Shown in pieces: positions 1-10,173 of a DNA stretch of 48,207 bases. Source of the DNA: Promethearchaeota archaeon (lineage in GTDB: Archaea > Asgardarchaeota > Lokiarchaeia > Sigyniarchaeales > SOKP01); assembly GCA_048940925.1 (NCBI GenBank), contig JBHLOC010000032.1:1-48207 (forward strand), written 5' to 3'. The position numbers and the translations under genes were made by a program. The stretch's first letter is position 1; every line of letters starts with the position of its first letter. The notes below the pieces were generated by a model. The model searched no databases and was not told where the DNA came from. It was given only the letters and a program-made list of their open reading frames with translations.

Positions 1-130
1 TTTTTAATATCTCTTTTTTATACTTCTAAACCTGCTATTCAAAAAATCTAAAAGTTATAAATGTGATATCATTTCCCATTTCAGCGTTTAGAAATAAAAA
101 AGAAAAAGGAATTTATACATAGAATTTGGA

Positions 131-1981
131 TTATATCGATTTTCGGCGGTTTTCCATAATAATTACAAAAGCTATACCAATAATAGTAAATACTAAGTAA
201 TAACTTTCAAATGGAATAGCACGCTCTTTTCTTGGTTTTATAGTGACAATAACAGTATCAGGAGTGCCGAACTGATTATGATTATCAAAAAATTCAATAG
301 TATAATTATAGATTCCGGGTATAGTCCGGTTAATTGGAACATCTAGTGAAGTATTAATTGTCCATGAGGTCCAATCCTTCCAGACATAGAAATTACTTGC
401 GGAATTATTAGATAATACACGATATTCTCCTCCACCCGAATCATCAGATAATATCCAATTAATAGCCTCTGAGCTGCTAGTAGAGGTGTTTATAGAGCTT
501 GGATGGTTTGAAGTTGGAAAGGCACTTCTGATATTCATAGCATAAATATCACAATTTCCATTCCTTTCATCAACCCACGTAATAATTACGCCCTCTGTTC
601 CATCACTCACAAGTTGAGGTTCCCATTGAGCATTAATTTCTGTGCAGACTGAGGTACCGTCTACCGCCCATTGGATATCACCGTTAGAATTAACTTTTTG
701 AGTGTAAATATCATAATGATTTTTGTTTCTGTAATCCTGCCATGTAATTATAGCACCTCCCGATCCATCGCTCTCAATTTGAGGACTTAATTGACCGCCA
801 CTTGCTGCGCAGATTGCAACTCCGTTCACAGACCATTGGATTATACCATTAGAGTTAATCCTTTGGGCATAAATATGGTATATACCTTTTTCACTTCTTT
901 CATCCAGCCACGTAATAATAGCACCTCCTTCTCCATCACTGATAAGTTGAGGAGAATTTTGATCTCCACTTTCTGAACAGATCGTGATACCGTTTATATC
1001 CCATTGGACAATACCGTTTGAATTGATTCTTTGGGCATAGATGTCAATATTTCCATTTCTACTATCCTGCCACGTAATAATTGCACCATTTGCTCCATCA
1101 CTCACAAGTTGAGGAAATTCTTGGGTATTACTTGCTGTGCAAATTACGGTACCATTTGCATCCCATTGAACTTCACCGTTAGCAATAATCCTCTGAGCAT
1201 AAATATCATTATTTCCATCTCTGTGATCCTGCCATGTAATAATTGATCCACCTGCTTCATCACTTACAAGCTGAGGGTATATTTGACTTTCACTAGCATT
1301 ACATATAACGGTTCCATTCTCGATCCATTGGATAACGCCATTAGAATTAATTTTTTGTGCATAGATATCATTATTCCAAGCTCTGCTATCCTGCCATGTA
1401 ATAATTGCCCCCATTGCTCCATCACTTACGATTCGAGAATAATATTGCTCACCGTCTCCTGTGCAGATTGCGATACCATTAGAAGTCCATAATATATTTC
1501 CATACGAGTCAATTCTTTGAGCAAAAATATCATCTACATATATTGGATTTCTTTCATCACACCACGTAATTATCGCACCACCTGATTTATCACTACAGAT
1601 TTGAATGGTGTGAGGTTCTACATCTGAGTTACATATTAACTCTCCATTAGTTGTCCATTTCACATTACCATTTGAGTCAATTCTTTGAACAAAAGTATTA
1701 TATTTCAAATCTCCACTTCTTTCATCAGACCATGTAACTATTGCGCCCCCTAATCCATCGCTACAGATTTGAGGGTAAATTTGTGAATTATTTGCTAAAC
1801 ATATTGCATTACCATTAGATAACCATTTATAAGTAGTAGAAGGTGCGTGTAATTTTATTTTTGACAACGAAAATTCAGCTGGAAAGATGTTCTCATATGT
1901 TGAAACTACTAAAATGCCAGGAAACATTGTTAAAATTAAAAGTATTGATATTGTTATTAAAGCTAAATTGCATTTTTTCAT
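131..1981 (-). CDS. Secreted/cell-surface 8-repeat beta-propeller-like protein with C-terminal Ig-like domain and membrane anchor (Loki-CTERM-like)
   Basis: N-terminal signal peptide; eight ~55-aa repeats PQIxSDGxGGAIITWxDxR...DIYAQxIxSNG..QW..NG..IC; C-terminal AIPFESYY + hydrophobic helix + RRK tail. Confidence 0.8.
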   Translation of the reverse strand: MKKCNLALITISILLILTMFPGILVVSTYENIFPAEFSLSKIKLHAPSTTYKWLSNGNAICLANNSQIYPQICSDGLGGAIVTWSDERSGDLKYNTFVQRIDSNGNVKWTTNGELICNSDVEPHTIQICSDKSGGAIITWCDERNPIYVDDIFAQRIDSYGNILWTSNGIAICTGDGEQYYSRIVSDGAMGAIITWQDSRAWNNDIYAQKINSNGVIQWIENGTVICNASESQIYPQLVSDEAGGSIITWQDHRDGNNDIYAQRIIANGEVQWDANGTVICTASNTQEFPQLVSDGANGAIITWQDSRNGNIDIYAQRINSNGIVQWDINGITICSESGDQNSPQLISDGEGGAIITWLDERSEKGIYHIYAQRINSNGIIQWSVNGVAICAASGGQLSPQIESDGSGGAIITWQDYRNKNHYDIYTQKVNSNGDIQWAVDGTSVCTEINAQWEPQLVSDGTEGVIITWVDERNGNCDIYAMNIRSAFPTSNHPSSINTSTSSSEAINWILSDDSGGGEYRVLSNNSASNFYVWKDWTSWTINTSLDVPINRTIPGIYNYTIEFFDNHNQFGTPDTVIVTIKPRKERAIPFESYYLVFTIIGIAFVIIMENRRKSI

Positions 1982-2169
1982 AAAATTTCGCCAAAAGTGT
2001 ATAGATTTGAATAAAAAATAAGTTAAGGTTAAATTTAATAATTTTGTAATCTCTACGATCCAAATATTAATAATACTATATTTTTAAAAGTTTTAAAATT
2101 AAAGTTAAGAAAAAAAACTATATTCGATGCACTTACAACTAATATAATAGTTAAAGAGATGTGAAGTGA

Positions 2170-2886
2170 ATGTTTTGTAAAATTAATGGAGTAAATATTC
2201 CGCTTGTATCGATGGGAACTTCACCTTTTTTTGGCCCCCCTACATTTGGAAACAGAGCTGATGCTTACCGAAAGAGATTTATGACGAACGCAGATGCTAT
2301 GCTGGAAATTATGGAAGCCTGCTATGAAGCAGGTGGACGAGGGATTGAAGCAGTTCCTGGAGGTGCTGTCTGTAAGGCCATTAAAATAATGAAAGAAACA
2401 CATGCAGATTATGTGGTGACTGGGTCTACTTTACCAGGACCCAATCCTAATATTGAAGACTTAATTGATCTAGATGCGAAAATAATTTTTATCCATGGTG
2501 CCTACTCAGATCAAAAAGATGCAAGACTTCTTAAATTATTAGATGATATTTCCTCTAGTGGGATCATCCCAGGAGTAGCTACTCATAATCCTTTATCTAC
2601 AATAGATTTTATTTTTGAAAATGCTCCTGAAGTTAAAGCATTTCTGATCCCCTTCAATGCTAATGGATTTATGATGAGAAGAAAAAGTGTTTTAGAGGAA
2701 ATAGTTGATACACATAAAGATCATTACTTTATTGGCATGAAAACCCTGGACACTGGGCGATTAAATCCGAAAATAGCATTTGATTATATTTCTCAACATA
2801 ATATCTGTGCAGTAGCAATAGGTATGGTAGAGGTTAAGGAAGCTCAAGATGCAACCAAAATTGCTTTAAACGCTTTAGAAAAGTAA
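2170..2886 (+). CDS. Aldo/keto-reductase-like TIM-barrel protein (conserved archaeal hypothetical)
   Basis: 238-aa ORF; MGTSPF start, IFIHG, PGVATHNP, LIPFN and IGMKTL motifs resemble AKR-fold proteins. Confidence 0.55.
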   Translation: MFCKINGVNIPLVSMGTSPFFGPPTFGNRADAYRKRFMTNADAMLEIMEACYEAGGRGIEAVPGGAVCKAIKIMKETHADYVVTGSTLPGPNPNIEDLIDLDAKIIFIHGAYSDQKDARLLKLLDDISSSGIIPGVATHNPLSTIDFIFENAPEVKAFLIPFNANGFMMRRKSVLEEIVDTHKDHYFIGMKTLDTGRLNPKIAFDYISQHNICAVAIGMVEVKEAQDATKIALNALEK

Positions 2887-3054
2887 TTCAAACCTAAAAA
2901 ATTTTCTAATTATTTTAACTAATCCATTTCTTTCTTTACAATTGGTATAATTAAAAAAATTTGACTTTTATTTATATCAAAATTTGGACTCCTTTTCTTT
3001 TATTAGAATTATTAGATTTAAGTTATCAAAATAATAATTCTTAAAAAAAATAAG

Positions 3055-3825
3055 GTGAAAATTAAAACGGTAGAAAAAGAAGTTTTAAGAGACTTTAAAG
3101 AATTTGGTTCATACATACAAATTGTTGCTATTTTATCTATCTTAAGTTTTATATTTCCCTTCACAGGATTTATTCAATTAATCTTTATATTTTTAGCATT
3201 AAGTGCTATTAAAAAAGTCTGTCGGGTATTACCTAATCTTGATTTAATGGAATTCCGTTCAAGATACATCATTTCCTTCATTACACTCCTATTTGGGCTT
3301 TCTATGATGGGTACAGGAATTGCATCTATGATGCTGCTAATGTTTGGATTTAGATTTCGAATTTTCTTACCTTCTATCATAGCGATGGCATTGGTTATCC
3401 TAATCGGATTGATTGTTCTTGTGATTAGCGGAGTTATACAATACAGAGCTTGGAATAGTCTATCTAAATTCTTTGAAGAAAATAAGACAATGTTCCCAGA
3501 ATCAATTGGAAAGGATGCATTAAAAGGTTCTAATAATGTAAAATATGGTATTATTCTTACAATGACTCTTATCCTTGCAATTGTTGGAATCATATTGATA
3601 ATTGTAGGATATTTCCAAATAGCATCTTTGAAAAAAATCAACAATGAATATGATCAACCTGTTGTTGTTCGTCAAAATACTGCTTCACCATATACTCAAA
3701 CTCAAACTATTCAATTAATTCAAAAAACACCTAGAGCTTCCAAGAATTTCTGTCCTCGGTGTGGAACAAAATTAGAAGATATAGCAAGCTTCTGTCCTAT
3801 GTGTGGATTATCTCTTGAAAACTAA
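3055..3825 (+). CDS. Multi-pass membrane protein with C-terminal zinc ribbon
   Basis: About 4-5 hydrophobic helices; C-terminal CPRCG...FCPMCG; GTG start. Confidence 0.75.
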   Translation: MKIKTVEKEVLRDFKEFGSYIQIVAILSILSFIFPFTGFIQLIFIFLALSAIKKVCRVLPNLDLMEFRSRYIISFITLLFGLSMMGTGIASMMLLMFGFRFRIFLPSIIAMALVILIGLIVLVISGVIQYRAWNSLSKFFEENKTMFPESIGKDALKGSNNVKYGIILTMTLILAIVGIILIIVGYFQIASLKKINNEYDQPVVVRQNTASPYTQTQTIQLIQKTPRASKNFCPRCGTKLEDIASFCPMCGLSLEN

Positions 3826-3890
3826 ACGATTAATCAGTAAATATATTATAAAAAAACATTTTTTCTCAGTAAATCTTAAAATTTTATTTT

Positions 3891-3950
3891 GTTCTTTTTT
3901 TTTTTTTTAAAACAAGTTAAACTTTCTATAGGTTCTTTTTTTTTTTTTTT
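3891..3950 (+). terminator. Duplicated GTTC-poly(T) tracts, probable archaeal oligo-T terminator
   Basis: Two GTTC(T)n runs of about 14-16 T downstream of the 3055-3825 gene. Confidence 0.4.
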
Positions 3951-4050
3951 ACTAAAAGGTGATTTAATATTAGTATAATTTTAAATATTAAATTATATAA
4001 TTTATAATATAATCTATAATCCAAATCTATCAGCATAATTTAAGAAAAAA

Positions 4051-5883
4051 ATGGTGGAATTTATACAATTGAAAATAAATAAAATTAAATTAATATTGAC
4101 ATTTACTATTGCCTTATTATTCTTTCAATCAACTTTTCCATTTATAGTGGCAGATACCACAGATGGTCCCTTAGAAATATCTACTCTACAAAATTCATAT
4201 ACGGTCAGTATTGGTAATAGTGTTACAATAACTTGGAGCTTTAGTGTGCCTACTCATGAATATGCTGTTTATTGGGAAATTATAGGACACGGAGTCAATA
4301 AAAGTGGATGGGGTATAACAGCAAATTGTACAACTCCAACTATTACTGCCTATGATACTGAATGGATTTATAATTGTAGCGGGTATTATGCAAGATATCA
4401 TGTATGGCAAACTGTAACTGTCAAAAGTCCAGAAATAGGAGATGATGGGATTTATGCTCAGAATCTTAATTCATACGGTGTAACCCAATGGACTGCGAAT
4501 GGTACTGCAATTAATATTGCGGGTGTTGATCAAAAAAATCCTCAAATTTGCAGTGATGGAGCAGGGGGTGCAATAATTACTTGGGAGGATTCAGATATTT
4601 ATGCTCAAAAAATTGATTCTAATGGTGTGAATCAGTGGACTACAAACGGTATCGTAATTTGTATGGAAAGTGATGTTCAAAAAGACCCTCAAATCTGCAG
4701 TGATGGAGCAGGAGGTGCCATTATTACATGGCAAGATCACAGAGACGGAAATAATGATATTTATGCTCAGAGGATTAATGCTAACGGTGTTAACCAATGG
4801 GATCCGAATGGTACTGCAATTTGTACTGAAAGTGGTGGTCAAGTATCTCCTCAAATCGTAAGTGATGGAGCAAATGGCGCAATTATTACGTGGCAGGATA
4901 GTAGGAGTGGAAATAATGATATTTATGCCCAAAGAATTAATGCTAATGGCGTTAACCAATGGGTTCCGAATGGTACTGAAATTAGCACCGAAATTGATGG
5001 TCAAGTATCTCCTCAAATCGTGAGTGATGGCGCAAATGGTGCAATTATTACGTGGCAGGATAGTAGGAGTGGAAATAATGATATCTACGCTCAAAAAATT
5101 GACTCTAATGGTAATTACCAATGGGTTCCGAATGGTACTGCAATTTGCACCGAAATTGGTGATCAACTATTTCCTCAAATCATTAATGATGGCGCAAATG
5201 GCGCAATTATTACGTGGCAGGATAGTAGGAGTGGAAATAATGATATCTACGCTCAAAAAATTGACTCTAATGGTAATTACCAATGGGATGTCGCGATCTG
5301 TACTGCAATTGATGGACAAAAAAATCCTCAAATTTGCAGTGATGGCGCAAACGGCGCAATTATTACCTGGCAGGATAACAGAGGTGGAAATAATGATATC
5401 TATATTCAAAAAGTCAATTCTAGTGGCGATATCCAATGGAATTTGAACGGTAAAGCAATCTGTGCAGCCAGTAATATTCAAACAAAACCCCGAATTGTGA
5501 GTGATGGAGTTAATGGATCAATTATCACGTGGGAAGATTACAGAGACCTAAATGGCGATATATATGCTCAAAAAATCAATTCTAAGGGTGCTGTGCAATG
5601 GGTTTCGAATGGTAGAGCAATTTGCACAGAAAATGGTGATCAATTAGTACCTCAAATTGTAAGTGATGGAGCAGAAGGAGCTATTATTACATGGGATGAT
5701 AACAGAATTCCAATCGTAGTTGGAGATGGAAATGGTGATGGAGATGGAGATGGAAATGGTGGACCACCCACTGCTATCCAAGGATTCCCTCCATATCTAG
5801 TTATAGCCATATCTTCAATTTGTGCGATCATTATAATTTTAAGATTTGATAAAAGTAGAAAAAACAAAAATTCAAAAAATTAA
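4051..5883 (+). CDS. Cell-surface protein: N-terminal Ig-like domain + 8-repeat beta-propeller + GDG linker + membrane anchor (Loki-CTERM-like); paralog of 131-1981
   Basis: Signal peptide; same repeat as 131-1981 eight times; GDGNGDGDGDGNGG linker; AIQGFPPY + TM helix + basic tail. Confidence 0.8.
   Translation: MVEFIQLKINKIKLILTFTIALLFFQSTFPFIVADTTDGPLEISTLQNSYTVSIGNSVTITWSFSVPTHEYAVYWEIIGHGVNKSGWGITANCTTPTITAYDTEWIYNCSGYYARYHVWQTVTVKSPEIGDDGIYAQNLNSYGVTQWTANGTAINIAGVDQKNPQICSDGAGGAIITWEDSDIYAQKIDSNGVNQWTTNGIVICMESDVQKDPQICSDGAGGAIITWQDHRDGNNDIYAQRINANGVNQWDPNGTAICTESGGQVSPQIVSDGANGAIITWQDSRSGNNDIYAQRINANGVNQWVPNGTEISTEIDGQVSPQIVSDGANGAIITWQDSRSGNNDIYAQKIDSNGNYQWVPNGTAICTEIGDQLFPQIINDGANGAIITWQDSRSGNNDIYAQKIDSNGNYQWDVAICTAIDGQKNPQICSDGANGAIITWQDNRGGNNDIYIQKVNSSGDIQWNLNGKAICAASNIQTKPRIVSDGVNGSIITWEDYRDLNGDIYAQKINSKGAVQWVSNGRAICTENGDQLVPQIVSDGAEGAIITWDDNRIPIVVGDGNGDGDGDGNGGPPTAIQGFPPYLVIAISSICAIIIILRFDKSRKNKNSKN
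4720..5400 (+). repeat. Near-identical 162-bp coding tandem repeats within the propeller gene
   Basis: gcaattattacgtggcaggatagtaggagtggaaataatgatat recurs at 4879, 5041 and 5203 (162-bp period). Confidence 0.9.
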
Positions 5884-5895
5884 TATTCTAATCTG

Positions 5896-6441
5896 ATGAA
5901 AATGGTTAATCTAATAAAAAGAAATAGTATACGAATAAAAATGATACTTGTGTTTATAGTTGCAATACTATTTTCTCAACTCTATATAAATCAAGTTGTA
6001 GCTGATGAAGATCAGATAAAAGATGGTGCTCTTGAGATAAATAGTGGAGATTGGATTAATATATTAATTGGTACAAATGCTACAATATCGTGGCAATTTC
6101 AAGTTGATACAAATGAGCGTGCAATATACTGGGAAATAAAGGAGGATAATATTTTGTTTTTTAAAAGTGGATGGGGTCCTAATGCAAATTGTACAACACC
6201 TGTTTTAAATGATACAAAATCTAGACTTGAATTTGTATGTCATGGTTATTATGCAAAATATCATGTATGGAGCACTATAATTGTTACTTGTACAAAAACA
6301 GGTCAACCAAAAGGAGGAGGAAATAATGGCTTTGATCCAATAATCTTTCTTTCCATAGGAATTCCTGTTGTTTCTGTAGTTGTAATTGCTTCAGTCATCT
6401 TAATCTATTTAAGACGTAAAAAAAAGAAAGAATTCTTTTAG
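5896..6441 (+). CDS. Single Ig-like-domain type I membrane protein, homologous to the N-terminal domain of 4051-5883
   Basis: Shared motifs DGxLEI, YWEI, KSGWG, ANCTTP and CxGYYAxYHVW; signal peptide; C-terminal TM helix + RRKKKKE. Confidence 0.75.
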   Translation: MKMVNLIKRNSIRIKMILVFIVAILFSQLYINQVVADEDQIKDGALEINSGDWINILIGTNATISWQFQVDTNERAIYWEIKEDNILFFKSGWGPNANCTTPVLNDTKSRLEFVCHGYYAKYHVWSTIIVTCTKTGQPKGGGNNGFDPIIFLSIGIPVVSVVVIASVILIYLRRKKKKEFF

Positions 6442-6525
6442 TCCAACGGAACAGTGAATTATAAAATTTTGATTACCATAATAAATATTAAATTTCAACT
6501 AGCCTTTAGCAATAAAAAACTAAAA

Positions 6526-7959
6526 TTAATCTCTCAAAATTTCTTGATATAACTTAGTAATAAAATCAGAAAAATTGTTTTTAGAAAACTGGGTATTCAA
6601 TAATGGGGTTAAAAGAGCAGGTATATATTTTTCATCTTCGTATACAGGAACGATTTTAAGTAATTTTTTTTTTCTCAATTGAAATGCTGCTTGCCATTCA
6701 TCTGTAACAGCCTGAGACTTAATACTATTTGGAGAACAAAAAAGTACAAATACATTACATTTTTTAAGAGTTTTTTCCATATATTCCACTATATTCTCTC
6801 CACTATCCTCCTCCCAATAGAAAATTTCATCAATTTCAGGATAAATTTCTAATGATTCAGCTATCTCAGGGATTTGAAAATAGGGCGAGTCAAGTGTAGA
6901 ATAACTTAGAAAGACTCTAATTCCTTTCTCTTTATCAAAATTCAATACCTTAATATGACTTTTATCTAAGGTTTGGACTTCCTCCTTCAGAAAAAATATC
7001 CTATTTTTTTCTATTTTTGCATTAATTTGTTTATTGAGAATCATATCTTCAAGTAATATCCTAAGATCTTCTAAGTCAATCTCTATTTTTGATTGGATAA
7101 CTTCAATTGATAATTCATCATAAATTGTTGCTAATTTCTTAATATATGTGATTACTTCTCTTTCCTTTTCTTCTTCTTTCCAAGAGTAATTAACAATCTC
7201 TTGTACTTTCTGATTATAATAACGAGAACCAAACATTTTTTTAAGATCTTTTTCAATTGGATTTTTAAATAACCCTAATTGATTTAATTTATTTAGCCGC
7301 GATAGACCTGAAATTTTAGTAATCTCATTTGCTGTAAGATTAAGAAAAAGTAAATTTTCTAAAGTTTCTAAACCTTCAATTTGACTAAATTTATTATAAG
7401 AAAGATTTAACTCTTTTAAACTTAAGAGCTTTTCTAAGCCCTGAATTTTATTAATTGAATTTCTTGATAAATTTAACGTTTCTAAATTAGTTAAATAATC
7501 TAAACCGTCAATTAGCATAATTTTATTTTCATTTAAGAACAATTCATTTAAAATTGGTAAGTTATTTAGTCCCTCTATCTCATAGATATTGTTATTCTGT
7601 AGTTTTAATAATTTTAAATTAATATTTGTATCTAATCCTTCTATTTTGTGTATCATATTGTTATTTAGATTTAAAATTTGTAGACTTGATAAAGAACCAA
7701 GACCTTTTATTTTTGTTATTAAATTATTTTGAAGGTTAAGAGCTTTTAACTCAGTTAAATTTTCGAATCCCCTTATTTCATTAATTTGATTGTGAGATAA
7801 ATCTAGAACTTCTAAATTTTCTAGTTTATCAAGGCCTATGACTTCTTTAATATCATGAATTTTTTTATTATTGATACGGAGCGTAGTTACTTTTCCATTG
7901 AAAAACTCTATATAATTCTTTTCCATAAAAAATTCTTTATTTTTGTATCTTACTGACAT
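6526..7959 (-). CDS. LRR - PCI-like winged helix - TIR domain protein
   Basis: About 9-10 SDS22-like 22-aa LRRs (LxxLxLxxNxIxxIxGL); IYDELSI...LEDMILNKQINAKIE PCI-like segment; TIR motifs VFLSYS, FVLFCSPNS, AVTDEWQAA, IVPVY. Confidence 0.85.
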   Translation of the reverse strand: MSVRYKNKEFFMEKNYIEFFNGKVTTLRINNKKIHDIKEVIGLDKLENLEVLDLSHNQINEIRGFENLTELKALNLQNNLITKIKGLGSLSSLQILNLNNNMIHKIEGLDTNINLKLLKLQNNNIYEIEGLNNLPILNELFLNENKIMLIDGLDYLTNLETLNLSRNSINKIQGLEKLLSLKELNLSYNKFSQIEGLETLENLLFLNLTANEITKISGLSRLNKLNQLGLFKNPIEKDLKKMFGSRYYNQKVQEIVNYSWKEEEKEREVITYIKKLATIYDELSIEVIQSKIEIDLEDLRILLEDMILNKQINAKIEKNRIFFLKEEVQTLDKSHIKVLNFDKEKGIRVFLSYSTLDSPYFQIPEIAESLEIYPEIDEIFYWEEDSGENIVEYMEKTLKKCNVFVLFCSPNSIKSQAVTDEWQAAFQLRKKKLLKIVPVYEDEKYIPALLTPLLNTQFSKNNFSDFITKLYQEILRD

Positions 7960-8217
7960 TGGAGACTCTGCTTTTTTAATGAATTCTTAAAAAGATTAAT
8001 ATGAGGCTGTTGGATACTTCTTTTATTATTATATCTAAAGGCTTACCTTACATTAATACTTTTTTACAATATAGGTTATTATTAACAATCTATTGTTTTT
8101 TAAGCATCACATTAATTATAATTGAAAAAATGATTATAACTACTCAAAATAATAGAAAACTACTTTTAAGATATTAAACGAAGGGAAAGATATTTTTAAT
8201 ACCTTATAAACTCATAA

Positions 8218-9783
8218 CTAATCAGGAATAGCTTCTGGAATCAGTATAATAAAATTACTTCCCTTAGAATATTCTCCTTTAACTTTATTCTCAACCCAAA
8301 TTGTCCCATCAATGTTCTTTAATATCTTTTTAACTAACGATAAACCAATTCCCATACCTTTTGTGCCTTTTAATTCTCTATTTCCACGTTTAAAAATTAT
8401 TTCTTTTCTCTCATCAGGAACTCCAATTCCATTATCAATAAATTCTATTCTTATGAAACTTCTATGATCAACAATAACTTTATTGAGCTGGATAAGAATC
8501 TCTACAGGCAGATTTTCATTATACTTTATAGCATTAATGAGAATATTATCGAATACTTCTCGTAAGAGTTGATTAGCATTGACTTGTATTTTCCCTCCAT
8601 TCGATTCTAACCGGATTTTTATGTTTCTATCTTTAAAGGAATTTCTTATAAATGATATTGAATTATCCAATAGAGCATCAATTTCAATACGCTCATAAAA
8701 ATCCTTGTGTTCTTCAAGATCAGAGAGTATATTTACATTTGATACTAGTTTTGCACCTCTCTCGACTTGTTTTTTAACTATATTTCTTATATTTTTGATA
8801 TTTTTTGAGTGTTCGGACTCACCACAATAAAAAGAAATGAGTTCTGCTGAGGAATTAATAACTGCTAAAATATTACTCATATCATGGACAAATAAATCTT
8901 TATAGAATTGTGCTCGATTATATGCTTTACGGTATTTTGCTTCAGATTCTTTTAATCTTTCCTCAGCTTTTTTACGGTCAGTGATATCTCTAGAAATGAT
9001 GAGAGCTTTCATTTCTCCATCGATATCATAAAATGTCTGACCTTTTGCTTCAATCCATACCCAATATCCTTTATTATGCCTAAATCTTAGCTCTGCTTGC
9101 CCAAATCCTTGCTTAAATCCTTCAAATAATGTTTGTGCTATATAAGATAAATCATCGGGATGGATAAACTTTAAAGCAGATTTTTCAATAATATCTTGAT
9201 TTGTGTAGCCTAAAATTTTCTGAAAAGCATTTTTATTCACATACTCAAATTTGAACCTTTTATTTAACACCCCTATCAAATCATAAGCTGTTTCAGCAAT
9301 TAATCGATATTTTTCTTCTGATTCTTTTAATTTGCTTTCCATTTCTTTTCTTTCTGTTATGTCTCTCGAGATAATTAGTGTTTTTGGCTGGTTATTTACG
9401 TCAACAAACCTTTTCCCTTTGACTTCTAACCAGATATAATGACCATCCTTATGTATTGCTCTCAGTTCTATTTTTTCCTCTCCCATTCTAATTGCTTTTT
9501 TATAATTTTCGAATACTCTCTTAATATCATCCGGATGAATCAAGTGATAGGCGTCTAACCCTACCAAATCATGATTTAAATAACCTAAATGTTTTCTGTG
9601 AAATTCTTCATTTATATATTCAAATTTAAGGTTTTTATCTAACACACCAATGAAATCATTAACATTTTCGGTAATTAATGCATATCTTTTGTTAAATTCT
9701 TGAAGTTTCTTTTTTAACTGTTTTTGCTCTATAAAAAGACTTCTAAATCTATCTTCTACTTCAAAATTAGTATTTTTTGCCAT
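8218..9783 (-). CDS. Soluble PAS-PAS sensor histidine kinase
   Basis: Two PAS/PAC domains (IHPDD, ISRDIT); H-box FVHDMSN; N-box FDNILINAIKY; DNGIG; GMGIGL. Confidence 0.92.
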   Translation of the reverse strand: MAKNTNFEVEDRFRSLFIEQKQLKKKLQEFNKRYALITENVNDFIGVLDKNLKFEYINEEFHRKHLGYLNHDLVGLDAYHLIHPDDIKRVFENYKKAIRMGEEKIELRAIHKDGHYIWLEVKGKRFVDVNNQPKTLIISRDITERKEMESKLKESEEKYRLIAETAYDLIGVLNKRFKFEYVNKNAFQKILGYTNQDIIEKSALKFIHPDDLSYIAQTLFEGFKQGFGQAELRFRHNKGYWVWIEAKGQTFYDIDGEMKALIISRDITDRKKAEERLKESEAKYRKAYNRAQFYKDLFVHDMSNILAVINSSAELISFYCGESEHSKNIKNIRNIVKKQVERGAKLVSNVNILSDLEEHKDFYERIEIDALLDNSISFIRNSFKDRNIKIRLESNGGKIQVNANQLLREVFDNILINAIKYNENLPVEILIQLNKVIVDHRSFIRIEFIDNGIGVPDERKEIIFKRGNRELKGTKGMGIGLSLVKKILKNIDGTIWVENKVKGEYSKGSNFIILIPEAIPD

Positions 9784-10173
9784 CTTTATCGCTCCATTAA
9801 TTATATTTTTAAGTTAATGTTAAAGAAGATAAATGCTCGATTACATTTTCTTTATTTTCTCAAAGAAATAGGATTTTATTTTTAGAAATTAATATATGCA
9901 AAATCTAACAAAAATGTGCTTTTTTATTAAATAATATGTTAAACCTTTTTAAACATATTCTTTTTATACCTTTATACAAATTTAGCATAAAAAAATTAAA
10001 TATTAAGTATAATACACACTCAAGAACAATTTAAAAATATACTTTAAAGCAATATAAAAGAAATTTAATTAAAAGAGTTCTATATTAATATTCTTTTTTT
10101 TTCAGAATATTAAAAAATAAGTTCTTTCATGTTATACTAAGAAAATTATATTCATTACGAAAAATAGAAAATA

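Noticed and set aside
791-5867. Many short antisense or alternate-frame ORFs over the two propeller genes and the zinc-ribbon gene
   Set aside because: Shadows of repetitive coding sequence; their periodicity mirrors the real genes and they show no independent motifs
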